Below are positions 51,401 through 62,051 of a DNA stretch of 64,000 bases, piece by piece (the first letter of the stretch is position 1; the number at the start of each line of letters is the position of its first letter). The position numbers and the translations under genes were made by a program. Below the pieces are notes generated by a model. That model was not told the origin of the DNA. It made no database searches and saw only the letters and a program-made list of their open reading frames with translations. Where the stretch lies: the NCBI GenBank assembly GCA_021613535.1, contig CP075494.1, positions 1,240,001 to 1,304,000 of the forward strand. The letters are read 5' to 3'. Source of the stretch: Adineta vaga (taxonomy: Eukaryota; Animalia; Rotifera).

Positions 51401-54400
51401 TATGATTTAACAGATGATGTTGATGATTTTTTTGAATCATTATTGAACACAAGTTCATAAGCGGAAAGTAAAACTGATGGTAAATCAATTTTTCGTTCGA
51501 GTACAACTTTTGAATGTTGTAATTTAAATGCACAATCAATAAATTGAACTAATTGTCTAGGTGTTAATTGTTCTGAATGAAGTTTTTCACAAATTGAATC
51601 GATAAGTTGTTTTTCATTAGTTGAAAAATACGAGGTAAACATATTTTTATAAACGTTTAATGATGATAAATTCAAACCTTGATAAAAAATAATTAAAAAT
51701 CGATTATATAATGCTGGTGAAAGTTCATGATTAGTTTCAATTGAAGCATTTTGTAATCGACCAGTTGGCGGAGCCATCGTGGCAATAATACGAAAATTTG
51801 GATGAACTGGTACAGGTTGTGTCTCGTTATTTTCTACTTTAACCCATTGAGCTGGTTGTTCAAGAACAGGATTTAAGCGTTCAAGAACAGCAGATGATGC
51901 TTCGGAAAAATTTTCAAGAATCAGCCAATGGCCTTTACTAATCGCCTCACTTACTGCGCCATCGTGCCAACTTGGTAATTTTGGATGTGGTACGAGAGAA
52001 CCGACAAGAGCTGTAGGTTCAGTTTGTGGTGTTAAATATAGATGTTGACATCGAACATTTGTTAGTGTAGCGATAGATTTAACAAGATGACTTTTACCAC
52101 AACCTTCTGGTCCAACAATAAGAATGGGTTGTGAAGGTGATGCAGCTAAAATAAATTGTGCAATACGACTAGCTTCGTCATCAAGATAAAATGATGATTG
52201 AGTAGATGATAGTGACGATTGATATTCTGAAATGGAGGTTTCCGGTTCACCAAATTCTGCTGAAATGTATTTAACAATTTCTTTTCGTTGTTTTTCATTT
52301 CGACATAAACTTGTATAAGTTTCGACAACTATTGCTACTAGAGTCGAACTTTCTCGAGATCGTCGTCCTATCATTGACCAATATAATGTATAAGAACAAT
52401 CGTAAATTTGTGTGAGATGTTCATTATGAAAATATTGAAAAATATAATTATGAATTTTAATCATTTTTGAAAGTTCCGAATTACTTAATTTTATCAAATC
52501 TGATGGCCAATCGTTCAGAACACGATCGAGATGAACTATTGGCATTTGTAATAATAAACGTTGTTGAGATAGAAATGCAACCGCATTATTATTTGGACGA
52601 TATTCAATCGATAATTTTGATGATTGTGTTGTATTGACATGAAAAAGATTTTCAATAATTCGTGCAATTTGTCCTCGACTTTGTTCTTCACGAAATCGTA
52701 AACCATAAATAGCATATGCTTGTTCAGTGAGAATTCCATTGAATATGTTTGAAGGAAGTTTAGTAATTGTTTGTGAACATTTAATTAACATTTTTTCATA
52801 ATCACATAAACTTTGACACCAACGAAAAAGTTCACGTATAGTTATTTCCGAATAATTTCTATTTCGTTCTTTAAAATCAGTTTCTTTAATTATATTCATA
52901 ATTTTTAAATGTAAATCAACCATTTGTGCTGCTTGAGTTACAAAAGGAAATTTCTCGGTTTTTAATTTATTTGTGACAATATCAACTAGTTCATCATCTT
53001 TTGGACCTTCGACAATAAAAATACTAAAACGACTTAATAGAGCTGTTGATTGTGTATCACGTGCGTCCTTATATTTGCCTGCAGACGGATTTTGTGTTGC
53101 AAAAAGACGGAATTCTCGATGGATTTGATAGATACGACAGTTTTGTTTCACTTGATTTTGTTGATCTTTAGCATCATTCTCATCTTCAATATTCGGAATT
53201 GTCAATACACCGGATTCTAGCGCTTGTTCAATTGCTTGGAGAACATTTGGTGGTGCTAAATTCATTTCATCCAATAAAAGCCAATGTCCATGACGGTACG
53301 CCGTAGTAAATGGGCCTTCTTCATATTCTAATTCAATTTCTTGTTGTTGACTATTTCCACTTTTGACTATTTTCAATTTAACTGAACCAAATAATCCACC
53401 AATATCGGTTTTGGATGAAAGATTAAAACGAATCAATGGTTTTTGAAGGTCAGCAGCCACATCAAGTATCAGGCTACTTTTACCAACTCCTGTTTCACCT
53501 TGTAATAACAAATGAATGGGTGTTCGTATACATTCGACAATACGTTGACGATTACTGCGCATTGTATTTGTTTGCACTAACGATGGTAATTGATGACGAT
53601 TTGGTATTAAATGACGAAATTCTTCTGGACATTCACTAATTAAAGTTTTTATTGCATCGAAATCTGCTGTGTTCGTGTTTGAAGCTTCTTCCAAATGTGT
53701 CAATGCTTGCAAATGTTTTGATAATAAAGCAAAATCCGATTGTTTGATTGTACGAAAAGGTATTTGAAATTTCGAACGTTTCTTTTCGCGTTCTAAAAGA
53801 TATACTGGTGTCGTATGCATATGTGCAACTGTTCTTTGTTGATCATTAACTATATTCAACGATGGATCTGCTATTAAATTCACCTGTTCATCAGTTGAAT
53901 CTTGTAAACTTTGTAGAAGTTTTATAAGATCATTTGGTTGCATATTCAATGCTCGACCTACTAAATGTGCAACGGATACACGTATATGAGCATTTTTATG
54001 TAATAAACATTGAATACAAGTAGGCAAACATTGTTCAATATATGTTGAAAGAAAACTGAATGTAGATAATGAGATGAAATTTCTTGCATAATCAAATTTT
54101 TCATGTAAGAATTGAATAATTTCATAAGTATGCATACCAAAAAGTTCCATTAAAGTTGATAGTTTAAAATGAAATGTTGATGATTGTTCATCATTCGATG
54201 GAATATCATTTGTTAATAACGTCAATATTAATAATTGTTCAAACCAATATTTAATTAAAATTTGTTGTTTTGATCGAAGTACAAAATTGAATAATCGTAA
54301 CGTTTGTTTATAATTAACAGAACATATTATCGTTGATTGAATAATTCGTTTTATATCATCAGTATTCATAATGAATGTTTGTATGTTTATTTGATCGATT

Positions 54401-56418
54401 AGGTGAAGAACAATCGATGTTGTAGATACTAAAATATATTGACGAGTTGTGAAATTCCAAAGAAATTTTTCATTTGAAAATACCAAATGAAGAATATTAA
54501 TAATCGGTTGAATTGTTGTTGAAATATTTAACTTTTTCGGATTTAATTGTCCATCAAATACTTTTTCTAAGAGAAAGAGAAGTTCAGAGAGAAGCAATGG
54601 ATGTTCAGTTGTAGTTAATTTGATTACTGAAAGTAAAAGATCGAAAGTTGATATTACTTTCCAATTATTAAACGCATATAAACGAGCATCTTTTAATAAT
54701 TCATGAAGATTTTCTTGTACATGTTTATTTTTCATTTGTTGATCAATGATTTCTAATAAAACTTTAATCCAATCTTTTTTACAATTATTAATTATAAATT
54801 TTAAAACTAGAAATGAGTTTTCTATTGTTGATCGAAATAATCGTGTAAATAATGATGTTGGAATTTGTCGACAAAATTCAATAAAATTTGAATTTGTCTT
54901 TAGTATTGTTGATATCAATTGTTCTCGATTAAAATTCATTAAATTAGCAAAAAATTGTAACCAATGATCTGTTGTTTGCGTTAAGTTCACAGCTAACATT
55001 GTCAATAATGAGCATAAATCATCAATAGACCATTTCGATGATGGTTGCAAACATTCGTCTAATAAATTTTCTTTTATTGAATATTTTTCATGATTAATCA
55101 TTGATTCAAGAATTTTTTCAAGAATTAAACATGATATTAACGGAGGAAGATTTTCATCGATTGACATGGGTAGTTCATTGACAAATGTTGTAAGAAGTTT
55201 GCCACCCGTATTTCGTATTTGTTCATCTTCATTGGTTAACAAATAGATGAAAAAATCCTTTATATCATCATTTGATGTTGAATTCTCCAAATACGTTGTG
55301 AATGTTTGATAAATTGTTTGTAATAATAAACTCCAAAGTTTTTTTGTTTCTGGATCATCATTGTTTTCTTCTTGGTCAAATGCATATCGAAGTAATTTCG
55401 ATATTGGTAATAAAAATGATGGTCGCGGATGGATTGTATTAGTTGAATAGATGAATGTTTTACCATCGGTCCATAGAACTCGACATTCATTTTGAATAAA
55501 TTGAAATTCACCAATGCTTGAACCGGGTAAATAATCAAATTTATTCAACATTTGATTTTTAATTGATGTTAGTTCAGTTTGAGCTTGTACATTACTTGCA
55601 TCTGTTAATCGAATGTCTACGATTCGTTGACGCTGAACAGCAAATGATAACATTGATGATAAACATTGATCTGCATTCAAAAATGCTTGAAGAATTAATT
55701 GACAACGAAATAATTGGTTTAAAATGTTTTCAAGAGCGACTAATTCATCGGCATTGGTGTCTTGATTTTGACTGGCTTTTTCAATAAATAAATCGAATTG
55801 ATTGGTGATATCAATTGGATATTTGGTGTTATCACACAAAACGGCGCAACCTGGTGAGTCGGGAGTGAATGGAAATTGTTTGTCAGATACGAAACGTATT
55901 TTATTTGTTGTTGGATTTTGATTCATTGGTTTTCCAAGCCACATTTCGATGGTCCATTTATCAATTCGAGTAAGAATTGAATTTGCTCGATAAACATTTG
56001 TACGCGAAATAAAGACGGCAATGGAAAATAGAAAATTTTCATTGTTCAACACTGACGAATGTGTTAATATTAATTCGAATAGTTGAAAAAAATGCAATGA
56101 AAATTTAGCATGTACTGAATAGAAACGATAACATGGAATAATTAATGTGGCCGTAATTAAAGAAACGAGCGATTCGCCATCGTCGCTTTCTCTCTCATGA
56201 TGAATTCTATCTTTCAAGTATTTGAATGCCTTGAAAATGTTTTCATCACTCTCGATTGCATCACCCATATATTTTCGTAAGCGATCTAATGATTGCCGAA
56301 TGAGTGAAGGGTTCATATCTGTCAATGATCGAGCGAATGAAGAACTCATTTCGCGAATGACAGCATTTGAAGAAGCACTAGCATTTGTGCTCTTTGCAGA
56401 GCGCGCAGCTTGTGCCAT
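27450..56418 (-). CDS. Giant midasin-related AAA+ ATPase with Ig-like domains, hydrophobic hairpin, Gly/Ser repeats and three vWA domains (~9,550 aa)
   Basis: Four long ORFs joined by GT-AG introns 50158-50105 and 46871-46799 (both frame-restoring) and an ambiguous junction at ~41230-41048. Six Walker A motifs (GETGVGKS, GPEGCGKS, GPAATGKT, GPTCYKS, GPPGVGKT, GGDCSGKT) with matching Walker B segments and FRxFATxN motifs. MIDAS motifs DNSGS, DQSVS, DCTGS. Confidence 0.85.
31576..31826 (-). repeat. Coding 60-bp tandem repeat (~4 units, ABAB pattern) encoding GQGSGGGGSxGSAGGKSGSA
   Basis: Lines 31621 and 31741 are identical; the alternate units share CTACCA...GCTACCGGAA variants. Confidence 0.95.
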
Positions 56419-56954
56419 ATTCGAAACGTCAAAGAACTGTGTATTGGATATTCGATACTAAATATTATAATCTACAAAAAATCTTAGTTATATGATAAAT
56501 CAGCATTAAATCTCGGATTCCTTGTCAGTCTTCCATGGAGTTTAACATCGTGAAATACAGCGTTAAAAATAGATCGTCTAACAAACCTTTCTGAAGTTTT
56601 CCGTGGAAATTTATTAATAGATTTATTCGATTTTCATTATCTTCTTTTTTCGAATAGTGAAATTCGCTACCAGGCAAATCATTTTCTTCAAAAGTTGGGA
56701 GTAAGTGTGAAAGAATAAATGCACACAGAGCTTCCATATATTTCGCAGAGGATAAGTTTCGAGAATAAAAAAATGTAAAGAAGCAAACTGACATCATTAT
56801 CCGTACTTTGAGATTCTCACTTATATATACCCACATCGAATTGAATGTCGCAAAAAAAGAAGGGTTTGTTGGAAGAACATTGGAGGTGTGGTTTTTTTAT
56901 TATATTAATAATTTTTCTATGCTTCGAGAGCGGTATATAAATGCTTACGTAGTT

Positions 56955-57324
56955 CACTGTAAAAAAAAGCGTAGAATTATAAACCCTCGAAAAGGATTGA
57001 TGATCGCGACATGAACCCTTTTTAGGTTTATGAACGTCATGTATCCTGTCATAAACCCTATTTTTCATAAACTTGATAAGGGATTCTTATACGTTGCACT
57101 TTCATAAACCCTTTAGGATAGATGCGCATTGATATACCCTTAAAAGGTTTGTTCATATATCCATTACAAGAACCGTAGAAAGCAAAAGCGGTTTTCGAGG
57201 GTTTATGAAGTTAATAAACCCTTTAAGGGTATATGAAAGTGCAACGTATAACATACCCTCCTTATAAATTATAGGGTTAATAAACCCCTAAAAAGGGTTT
57301 ATTATTCTGCCCTTTTTTACAGTG
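56955..57324. mobile_element. CACT-terminated MITE (CACTA/EnSpm-like non-autonomous element)
   Basis: CACTGTAAAAAA...TTTTTTACAGTG termini, repeated subterminal AAACCC/GGGTTT, internal IR TATACGTTGCACTTTCAT/ATGAAAGTGCAACGTATA; TSD not clean. Confidence 0.75.
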
Positions 57325-57847
57325 TCGTAGGCAGTTCAGTGGGTTTAATTTCTGTTTGTTAGCATTGCTTACGGTTTGCTTTGTAATTTTGGCGCTTATC
57401 AATGCACCAAAGTTAGTACGCACATCTTTCCACGAACTCTGTCAGTTGACGGCTAAGTGTGGGTATTGCAGTAGCGGTTTAGTTCGACTGATTAAAATAA
57501 ATGGAATGAAACTATGCGATTATTATATTACTAAAACCTGCGCACTGAGGTTGTTATGAAACGAGAATATATCTTAATTTGTAATAGAAACGTAATTTTA
57601 TCAAATTTTCTACAAAATTCAGAAAATCGTTGATAAAATCTTCGAAACCTAAAAGGAATTTGAATACCAGTTCAAAAACTTTCTATAGCAAAAAATGTTT
57701 TTTTCGAACATTACAACTAGTCATTAGTACTCCATAGGAAAAACTTTAGCTTTATCTTCACGTTCAAATTTTTAAGAGGAACAATAGTTTTTATATCAAT
57801 GTATTCGGAACCGTTTAAACAACTACCAAATCGTTTTTGAGAAGTAA

Positions 57848-58260
57848 CGAGGGAACATATTTAGATGTTCAAGAAGTTTCGAAGGCATTTTTTGGTGGTA
57901 AGTCGACCTCGATGAGGTATGACAAACGTCAAAAGGGTTCATCCCTTCATGTCTTTATTCTCGAGTTATGATCGTTTTACTCGATTTTTTGGCTTATTGC
58001 AAGGTATTCGAAAAAATTCTAATGACGCATTTTCGAGGTGAAATTTTGCCTATAGGCAGGTCTCATCGGCACTAGATGGTTCTACAAATATCGTCCCGAA
58101 CGAATATCTCCTTCTCCAGATAATTGAGTAAAACGATCATAACTCGGGAACAAAGACATGAGGGGATGAATCCTTTTGATGTTTTTCATACTTCATCGAG
58201 GTCTACTTACCACCAAAAGACGAGATCTAAACTGCTTGAACACCTAAATATGCTCCCTCG
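57848..58260. mobile_element. MITE with ~135-bp TIRs, CGAGGG termini
   Basis: CGAGGGAACATATTTAG...ATGATCGTTTTACTC pairs with GAGTAAAACGATCAT...CTAAATATGCTCCCTCG; flanks TAA/TGA. Confidence 0.85.
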
Positions 58261-59021
58261 TGAGCAGTAAAACTAACTTAGCTCTATCGTCAGAAATGGC
58301 ACACGTTTTTCAACGCTCATTCGTCAAGGTTTTCTGAAATACTACTCGTGAATCATCCATCTTCCAAAACTTTACTAGACAATTTCTGCTAAATATAAGT
58401 GGTCGACGAAATCTTCACTAAATTTAACTCCAACTAAATTATTTATTTCAGTCTTTCTAGATAAAAAACGGTGAAATATGATTCTGTCTCAAGGTTACTC
58501 TTATCCGACTATAATACATAGAGCAAAAGACGACGTATAAGATTACCCTTGAAATGTAAGGAATGACAGTATTGTCGCATCACGACTTTTAAATGATTGA
58601 GCATAAAAATATATTTAAACAAGAGAAAAAGTCGGACGTTATTGTTTCTTTAGATCCTCAAGAGTTCTCTTAAACTAAGATTCGAATGAGCTTGTTTTTT
58701 ACCTCTTTAGTCTTTACTGATTTAATGAGTATAGTTTTTTTAATAATGCATCATTGAATAATTTCATCTAACATAAACTTTTCAGCGATAAAAATAGAAT
58801 TCAGAATGCAACAGGATCCGCTTTTTCCTCTTGCGTTTTAATATATCTAATGTAAACTTCTCTATACATCTCTCGCACATTTTGCTTATTGCTTTTTCTC
58901 TTATCTATTCTTCTACTATTTGATGTTTCCTTCTGGTCTTCGCATTTTCAGCAGTCCTTGCTTTGTCACTCTCTATCATTTTTTTTTCTTTTATTGACGT
59001 TGTCAGGAAGAGATAATTATA

Positions 59022-59463
59022 CACTCTAAAGGAAAAAAAATGTATTACCAAACCCATCGAAAAGGTTTGATAGGCGCCAAATAGTTTGCAAATCCGTCAA
59101 CAGGTTGAAAAAAATGGTTTTTAAAATCTTCCCAAACCTAAAAAGGATCTGTCAGCGAGTACACGCTTCGAACTATCGTCTAGGAAACCTTTTTTTAGTT
59201 TCTTACAGTGACAAAGGATTTCGTATTTTCTGACAAAACTTCAATGCTTTCGTATAAAACCACAGTGCTAAACCTATTTTCGCTGTGCAAAACTTGAAAA
59301 GGTTTCATAGACGATGGTTCGGAGTGTGCACTCGCGCAAAAACCCATTTTAGGTCTGGCAGATTTTCAAAAACCTTTTGTCAGCATGTTGACGGATTTGG
59401 AAGCTATTTGGCACCTACAAAACCTTTTCGATGAGTTTGGTAATACACCTTTTTTCTACAGTG
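59022..59463. mobile_element. CACT-terminated near-palindromic MITE with TA flanks
   Basis: TA|CACT...TGTATTACCAAACCCATCGAAAAGGTTT...AAATCCGTCAACA pairs with TGTTGACGGATTT...AAACCTTTTCGATGAGTTTGGTAATACA...AGTG|TA. Confidence 0.85.
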
Positions 59464-59730
59464 TAGTTTCCATACAAAATGAAAAAGTGGTACTTAAATA
59501 AAAATGGAGATTATCCTTATTTCACTTTTGTATGTTGTTTTATAAATAAAATCTTTATTTATCAGAAGCAAGCTCACTTGTTGATTCGTTCTGGTCGTTA
59601 GAAGAAATACACTCCGTCTCTGTCTTAGTGGCGGAGTGTTGTTATTCTGTTTTCTCTCAGAACAAAAAAAAAAGACGCAAAATAAGGCTTCTTAACGAGA
59701 AAAAAACCCACGCTGTAGAGATTTCACTTT

Positions 59731-59778
59731 TGTGGGTGTTGGTGTGGGTTAGGGTAATACACTCTTCTTCACCCACCC
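59731..59778. repeat. Telomere-like inverted hairpin element
   Basis: TGTGGGTGTTGGTGTGGGTTAGGGT - spacer - CACCCACCC. Confidence 0.65.
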
Positions 59779-60253
59779 GTGCGCAGATAAAATGAAGGAT
59801 TATTATCGTCTTTCTTATAAATTAATATCAGACTTACCCTCGCCCTTATATTAAAGTTTACTTCCATTTTTAGCATATTAAATAATTGGTATCTAAACTA
59901 TAATTTTAACATGTCGTATGGCGCTTTGTATCATTTCATGTATTATTATCACACCTAACCCTGCTCATCCACTTGCCAGCCATATTTTGAAGTAATCACT
60001 AGAAAAATATGCCAGCATGGGTAAAGAAGACATTTACGAACAGAATATAGTAGTTTTATTTTTCTTCATTCTTTGGACAACAAACACAAGATAAGCATTT
60101 TTACGTGTAAAAGCCGCACATTTTTCTTCACGAAAACAATCTCTTTAGACGGGAAATCAACTGAAAGTAATGGCTCATATAAGCTGATCTTTCACGCACG
60201 TAGGATTTTTTTATTGATTTATTTGAACCATTCTTTCGAGTAAGAATGTGCGC

Positions 60254-60333
60254 ATCTTGAGGGTGTGGGTGGGTGGGTATATCTTTTTTCCCACATCCAC
60301 AACCACCCACACTCACACCCACACCCTCAAGAT
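60254..60333. repeat. Telomere-like inverted hairpin element, best-preserved copy
   Basis: Perfect 18-bp inverted repeat ATCTTGAGGGTGTGGGTG / CACCCACACCCTCAAGAT. Confidence 0.9.
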
Positions 60334-60645
60334 TCGACAGAATTTCACTACTCTTTAAATCTTATGAGTGTGAATGCGCGAAGAAATGATATCCACACCT
60401 TCAAGATGAAATTGAAGTATATTCAGTTTAATGTCCTCCTAAATATGTTGTAAGATTGTGAATTTGTGTTGTTTTGAAGAATTTCTTAAAATTCCGTCGA
60501 AATCCACGATTGGTAGTTAATGATATATAAAAACTGGAAGTAAAAAATGTATATGACATGAGATTGACTACTTCTGATGTGATACTTTCAACAGCCTTTT
60601 GATAAGCCGATTTTCTTTGATTTTGTGTAATATTTGAATAGATAA

Positions 60646-60812
60646 TGTCACGGCATCTCGCCGTGATATCTCACGAGTCAAGGCATTCCTTACTCATTTG
60701 TATATGATTCTTGAGTCATGTATACATGACCAAGGATATATATATGCGCTTCGCTTTGCTTTGGAGTGTGTGTTCTCCTTTTGTTTCTTCTGGTCACAAT
60801 ACATACATCACA
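60646..60812 (+). repeat. Putative 5' LTR (~167 bp)
   Basis: Begins TGTCAC and ends CACA one base before the PBS. The 3' LTR is outside the window, so the 5' boundary is unconfirmed. Confidence 0.65.
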
Positions 60813-60813
60813 A

Positions 60814-60828
60814 TGGTGCACTGGCCGG
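60814..60828 (+). promoter_or_regulatory. Primer-binding site, tRNA-Gly type
   Basis: TGGTGCACTGGCCGG is close to the reverse complement of the 3' end of eukaryotic tRNA-Gly(GCC) (TGGTGCATTGGCCGG, recalled). Confidence 0.75.
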
Positions 60829-60884
60829 TCTACTGTAACCACTGAACAGTAGATCATCAACATAACATTGGTTTTCTCCACTAT

Positions 60885-62051
60885 ATGATCCAAGAAGAAA
60901 TACGTCAAGCTCAAGCACGTGCTGCGAAACAAGCTGAACGACGTGATCAACGCTCCAAAACCCGCAAACAAGCAAACCTGCAATCGAATTCAGCTCACTC
61001 AACGTCACCCAAAACGCTCTCGTTACCTTGCGAACTTCATAATCCAACATCACATCCTGTCCCTCCTACCACTGAATCTTCTGTTAATATTCCATGTGCT
61101 AATATCCAGCTGGAGTCTTTAAACACTGCTACAACATCTTCTCTGTCTTATCAAGTCACTCAACAACAACAACCCGAAACTATAAATACTACTTCACCTG
61201 TGGAAACCAAACACGAACTGTTAGATATTACTATGGATCTTCAACAATGCAAAGCAGTGATTGATAGTATCCCGACTTTCTCCGGTAATACACAAGAAAA
61301 CGTTAATGAATGGCTTGATCTTGTCTCACTGAAATTTGATATACTTGCATATGATCATCAACAACGACGTCGTTTTATACCACAATATTTGAATGGCAAT
61401 GCCGTTAAATGGCATCTGATTCATCGCGAAAGTCTTGCTGATTGGAATGACTATACAGCAGCACTTACTGCTGCCTTTCCTCAGACACATATCACCTCGC
61501 GTGATATGAACCTACAAAAGTTATGTAACCGAAAACAACAAGGACCTGAATCATTTGCTGACTACTACACTTCTATTCTTGAACTATGTCGTCAACATGA
61601 TCCGGAGATGCCGAATGTTCAAATTGTGGATTGGTTGAAAGCTGGTATGAAGCTCACTTTATATGAACGTCTTCAAGGCGAAGATTTTACTACACCTCAA
61701 CTTTTATTGGCTCGTGCTCAACGTCTCGAACTGGATCATGCTGTTCTTCAAGCTCGTAAAAATGGTTATGATTATCCCTCATTTACTAATCCCAACAATA
61801 TTTCATCTGATCCAATGTATGCCACTTGGCATGAAAATCCATCATCATACCAATCCCTTCCAAATCAATCTGTCATGCCATCATATCTACCACCCTTGAT
61901 GTCTACTCCTGCTCCATACCATACAAACAATTCTCCTTCTCGCACAACATCATCAGCTCATTCTCGTTCCTCACGTCGTCCTATTACATGCTACACTTGT
62001 AATCAACCTGGTCACATATCACCTCAATGTCCACTACGCCCAAAATACTAA
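60885..62051 (+). CDS. gag: Retrotransposon Gag
   Basis: IPTFSG...WL, QQGPESFADYY capsid-like motifs; CYTCNQPGHISPQC zinc knuckle. Confidence 0.93.
   Translation: MIQEEIRQAQARAAKQAERRDQRSKTRKQANLQSNSAHSTSPKTLSLPCELHNPTSHPVPPTTESSVNIPCANIQLESLNTATTSSLSYQVTQQQQPETINTTSPVETKHELLDITMDLQQCKAVIDSIPTFSGNTQENVNEWLDLVSLKFDILAYDHQQRRRFIPQYLNGNAVKWHLIHRESLADWNDYTAALTAAFPQTHITSRDMNLQKLCNRKQQGPESFADYYTSILELCRQHDPEMPNVQIVDWLKAGMKLTLYERLQGEDFTTPQLLLARAQRLELDHAVLQARKNGYDYPSFTNPNNISSDPMYATWHENPSSYQSLPNQSVMPSYLPPLMSTPAPYHTNNSPSRTTSSAHSRSSRRPITCYTCNQPGHISPQCPLRPKY

Noticed and set aside
27450-56418. Calling the giant gene MDN1
   Set aside because: Nearly twice the canonical length with extra domains and no acidic pre-MIDAS tail; orthology cannot be shown from this window
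27677-56461. Many short antisense and alternate-frame ORFs inside the giant gene, including 31335-31844
   Set aside because: Shadows of the long coding frame and its Gly/Ser repeat; no independent motifs
56525-57068. Short ORFs upstream of the giant gene
   Set aside because: No recognisable motifs, partial overlap with a MITE, and no clear splice link to the main ORF
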